Assembly (NCBI RefSeq): GCF_009914755.1
Contig: NC_060947.1
Direction: 5' to 3' (one strand)
Source of the DNA: the human T2T-CHM13v2.0 reference genome, Homo sapiens
Length of the DNA: 64,000 nt
Both the position numbers and the translations under genes were made by a program. Shown piece after piece: positions 56,281 to 64,000 of the stretch. The first letter of the stretch is position 1. Every line of letters starts with the position of its first letter. Below the pieces are notes generated by a model. It was given only the letters and a program-made list of their open reading frames with translations, ran no database searches and was not told the DNA's origin.

Positions 56281-56560
56281 GGCCAGGCATGGTGGCTCAC
56301 GCCTGTAATCCCAGCACTTTGGAAGGCCAAGGCGAGCAGATCACCGACCAGCCTTGCCAACATGGTGAGGCCCTGTCTCTACTAAAAATACAAAAAAAAA
56401 AAAAAAAAAAGAGCTAGGTGTGGTGGTGCACAACTGTAGTCCCAGCTACTCGGGAGGCTAAGGCAGGAGAATCGCTTGAACCCAGGAGGCAGTTTGCAGT
56501 GAGCAGAGATTGCACCACTGCACTCCAACCTGGGCAACATAGCAAGACTCCACCTCAAAA
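56281..56560 (+). mobile_element. AluS with an internal ~17-bp deletion in the left monomer (B-box region)
   Basis: gatcacc|gaccagcc lacks tgaggtcaggagttcga; expanded middle A tract. Confidence 0.9.
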
Positions 56561-56654
56561 AAGAGAAAAATCCTTCTCTATCTCAAAGAACTCACAATCT
56601 TTTGTTTACTAACATCACTTTACTCTTAATAAGAATTTGACTTTACTTTGAAAA

Positions 56655-57220
56655 AATTATTTATTTACTCAACCAATATTATTTAGCACTGATTATATTC
56701 ATAAGAATGTGCTAGAAATCAAGCACAGTAGATGAAAAAAGGAAGGTCCCTACCATCGAAAAGCTCAGATTCTTGCAGAGGGAGAGAGACCTGTAAGCAT
56801 GCAAGAACAATGATTTCAATATTGTTATAGGCCAGGAAAAGAAGAGAAAATATCTGCCTAGAGAAATTAGTGGAGACTTTAGGAGGAGAAGCCATCCTAC
56901 TCAGTACTAGGGATGGAAAAAAAACATTTTGTAGACATCAAGGAGAAAGAAGGTGGCTTGGGGGTAGGAAAGGGAAGAGGGAAGTGGAAGTATGAAAGGC
57001 GTTCCAGGTAAAGGAAACAGGAGATATACACTCAGCAATTGTGACAGAGCATAGAATGTTCTGGAAATGAATGGTCAGGGGGTTAAATATTGGTTTGTGT
57101 GGGGAGGAGGAAATGAGGAATAATGCAAGGGAGGTAGGATAGGGAGAAATGGTGAAGAGTCATATGAGATGTATTCTGTACTCTACTTTGTGGGGTAGAA
57201 GGGACTGAATGTTAGGGAAA
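56655..57220 (-). mobile_element. L2 fragment; continues at ~57660-58000
   Basis: ttatttatttactcaaccaatattatttagcac antisense L2 end plus a purine-rich body. Confidence 0.6.
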
Positions 57221-57223
57221 TAC

Positions 57224-57292
57224 TGTTGTGTCCACCTTAAAGATACAGGATGAACAACCACCCAAATTTGATTTCGGTATGGGGACCAATGA

Positions 57293-57338
<46 letters not shown>

Positions 57339-57633
57339 AGAGGGTATGAAGATTTCTTACTCACATAATAAGGCTTTCTAGGAAGAGTAGGGTGACTCAC
57401 AAGCAGTAAAAATGGCTTGAAGTTTTATGGTGGTTAGTGAGTAAGGCCAGGGTGGTTCCCATGCACAGGAAGGGGTTGGTGGCGGTTTGAATTTTCCACT
57501 GGCACCAAAGGAAAGAACACCTAGACTTTATTGTTAGCTTGATCACTTGTAGGATAGAAGAAGAAAACGGAGTGTGGCTTTACAGCTATCAGAAATCAAA
57601 CATTTAAAAAATGGAGTCAGTCTCTTTATTTCA
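57224..57633 (-). mobile_element. ERVL LTR (LTR53/MER74-group)
   Basis: aagagggtatgaa..tactcacataataaggctttct and end aaaaatggagtcagtctctttatttca. Confidence 0.6.
57294..57336. repeat. (CA)21 microsatellite
   Basis: Uninterrupted CA run of 43 bp. Confidence 0.97.
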
Positions 57634-58649
57634 CTAGTGCAATCACATTTTTGAAAATTCAAATCAAAACCAAAAAGAACCCAGTAATAGTGAGAAAATA
57701 ACCTGGAAAAGGATGAGAATGGACCAGAGAAACCAGCAGGAGGTCGTGGCAAATACCTGGGCAAACGAAAATGAGGTCCTGAACTATCACACTGACAATG
57801 AGGATGGTTTGGGGAATATTTCTAAGAAAGAATTGAGAGTTGGTGCCCATAATGAGTGAGAGAGGCTATTAGATGACTTTGAGATCTGATTGGGCAACTG
57901 GAGAAAAAATGACAACTAATGATAGGATATATGGGAGGAAAGACAGGTGGTGAGGGGGAGACAAGTTATTATTTCAGTTTTCAACATGTGATTGAAACGG
58001 CTTAGAGCCACCTTGTCTTTTGAGAAATGAACCGCAGTAGTTCCAGGCTCTGTCTTTTCCCAGATCAACTTATGTGATCACATAACCTGGTCACACATCA
58101 TAATGCTTACAAATAAAGCCCCTCTGTGAATCTCAATTGAGCATGATTTAATTTTCATTTTCTATGGAAATTTTATTGTTTCTTTCCCTATTACAAAAGC
58201 AATTCATGTTTTATATAAACAATTATGAAATATAGACAAGTAGAAAGAGGAAAATACAAATGACCTTCCATGAAGAAGTGATAACTAATACCATTTTGGT
58301 GTATTATCTTTTAGAGAGTACCACTGGAGCCCAAATATGAGAACAAAATAACCTAGAAAACTGAGAAAAAGCTTCAAAGATGAAAAAAATGTTTTATTTG
58401 GGTCTTTAAGGATCTTGAGTACATTTACTGGCTATAAAGGGGAGAAGGTGAGGTGAAAATGGAGGTTCAGGAGAAGAAGGAAGGGTAAACATTTTAAAGC
58501 TGAGATTGTGCAGTACATTCTGTATTATAACATAATGATTTTAACTTAATATATTATTTAACTTAATATTTAATTTAATCTATTATGAACACAAATTGTA
58601 AGTGAAATTTTTGCAGTGAAATACATACAGTGATTTTGACATTTTGTTT

Positions 58650-59096
58650 TGTAACCAAAGAGTGTGTGAGACAGGTCTCCATCAATTTAGAAGTTTATTT
58701 TGCCAAAGATAAGGAAATGTCCAGAAGAAAAAACATGAAATTACACAAACAGTCTGTGGTCTGTGCCTTTCTCCAAAGATGATTTTGAGGGCTTCAATAT
58801 TTAAACGGGAAAAGTGGGCGGGAGGGGAAAGAAGGAGGTTATAGTCACATTACTGAATCCACATGTTGCAAGAGAAAAGGAGCAGGTAGGGGAAAGGTTA
58901 ATTATGTATTCATCTCACTTTACATAAGATAAGGTGAACATAGTGTAGCCGCTGTGGGGATATTAAATCTTTAATATCTAGCTATCTGCTTCTGAACAAA
59001 AGGAAAGACAGTTTCTTGCATGACTCAGCCTTCAGCTTAATTTTTTTCCTTTTGGATAGTGAATTGGGTTCTGAGTTTTTATTTTTTTCTTTCACA
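58650..59096 (-). mobile_element. MER4A1-like solo LTR
   Basis: tgtaacc..agacaggtctccatcaatttagaagtttattttgccaa...ctttcaca with a 4-bp TSD gttt. Confidence 0.85.
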
Positions 59097-59380
59097 GTTT
59101 GTATTATGAATAAAGCATACTAGATAGACTATCTTTCTGACTCTGGAATTAAAGTAAGGAGGTTTTTAGATGTGATAATAACCACTCTCCACTTTCTCTC
59201 TCATTCTGGCAAAATGTCTGAGGGAAGATCTCACTCTGCAAGTTTAGCTTTCATGAAATGTTTTCAAATGGAGTGATGGCTCCTCCTAACTGAAGACAGA
59301 TCTTCAGTCTTGTGTTTGCTTGCCACTGAATTGTGAGAGTACTTTTTCTCTGTAATAGAGTAAATGCTTGACCATTTCTT

Positions 59381-59684
59381 TTTTTAAATTTTCTTTTCTT
59401 TTCTTTTTTTTTTATTATACTTTAAGTTCTAGGGTACATGTGCACAATGTGCAGGTTTGTTACATATGTATACATGTGCCATGTTGGTGTGCTGCACCCA
59501 TTAACTCATCATTTACATTAGGTATATCTCCTAATGCTATCCCTCCTCCCCCTACCCCACGACAGGCCCCGGTGTGTTATATTCCCCTTCCTGTGTCCAT
59601 GTGTTCTCATTGTTCAACTCCCACCTATGAGTGAGAACATGCGGTGTTTGGTTTTTTGTTCTTGCGAGTTTGCTGAGAATGATG
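59381..59684 (-). mobile_element. Short 5'-truncated L1PA (L1PA4-like)
   Basis: ttatactttaagttctagggtacatgtgcac 3' UTR. TSD ccatttctt at 59372-59380 and 59685-59693. Confidence 0.92.
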
Positions 59685-60009
59685 CCATTTCTTACTGCCT
59701 AAAGAATTAAACTTCCTTTGCACCTATCTATAAGTAAAATTCTTTTAACTTGACTTAATTTGTCACTTTTGGAAATTACATAATGAAGTGTTTTTCAGAC
59801 CACTGGATTATGTATCATGGAAGTGTTTTCATGCACTAAATCCATATGGTGGTTTCAATTGCCAATAGAGGAAATACTCTGGATTCCCCACGAAGTACTG
59901 GGAGCCTGGGGTTCTAGTGGTTCCACAATTAGGTAGTGTGCAACAGTTATCTATTGCCCCAATAATGCTGCGTAATAAACTGGCAAGCCTTAGTAAATCA
60001 AAAAACAAC

Positions 60010-64000
<3,991 letters not shown>

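Overview
This is primate, human-like genomic DNA: AT-rich, CpG-poor and dominated by interspersed repeats (Alu, L1, L2, MIR, MaLR/ERV LTRs, hAT DNA transposons). I find no intact protein-coding gene, RNA gene, CRISPR array or prokaryotic system. The supplied ORFs are almost all chance frames in Alu, L1 or LTR sequence. The only recognisable gene-derived sequence is a disabled, intronless copy of MSMO1/SC4MOL (about 25.4-26.6 kb). The most informative structure is a nested retroelement stack at 35.9-52.9 kb: an old L1MA9-like element holds a two-LTR MST-type MaLR provirus. That provirus in turn holds an LTR22-like solo LTR, an AluYd-type element, an AluS and an L1PA insertion carrying a ~670-bp 3' transduction. 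Other oddities are a 42-bp templated insertion, a near-perfect 73-bp tandem duplication, two 3'-truncated retroposon copies, a 31-bp duplication flanking the MaLR, and a splice-site-bounded 108-nt segment between inverted Alus. Repeat subfamily names come from recalled consensus motifs, not from a database search. Boundaries of old repeats are approximate.
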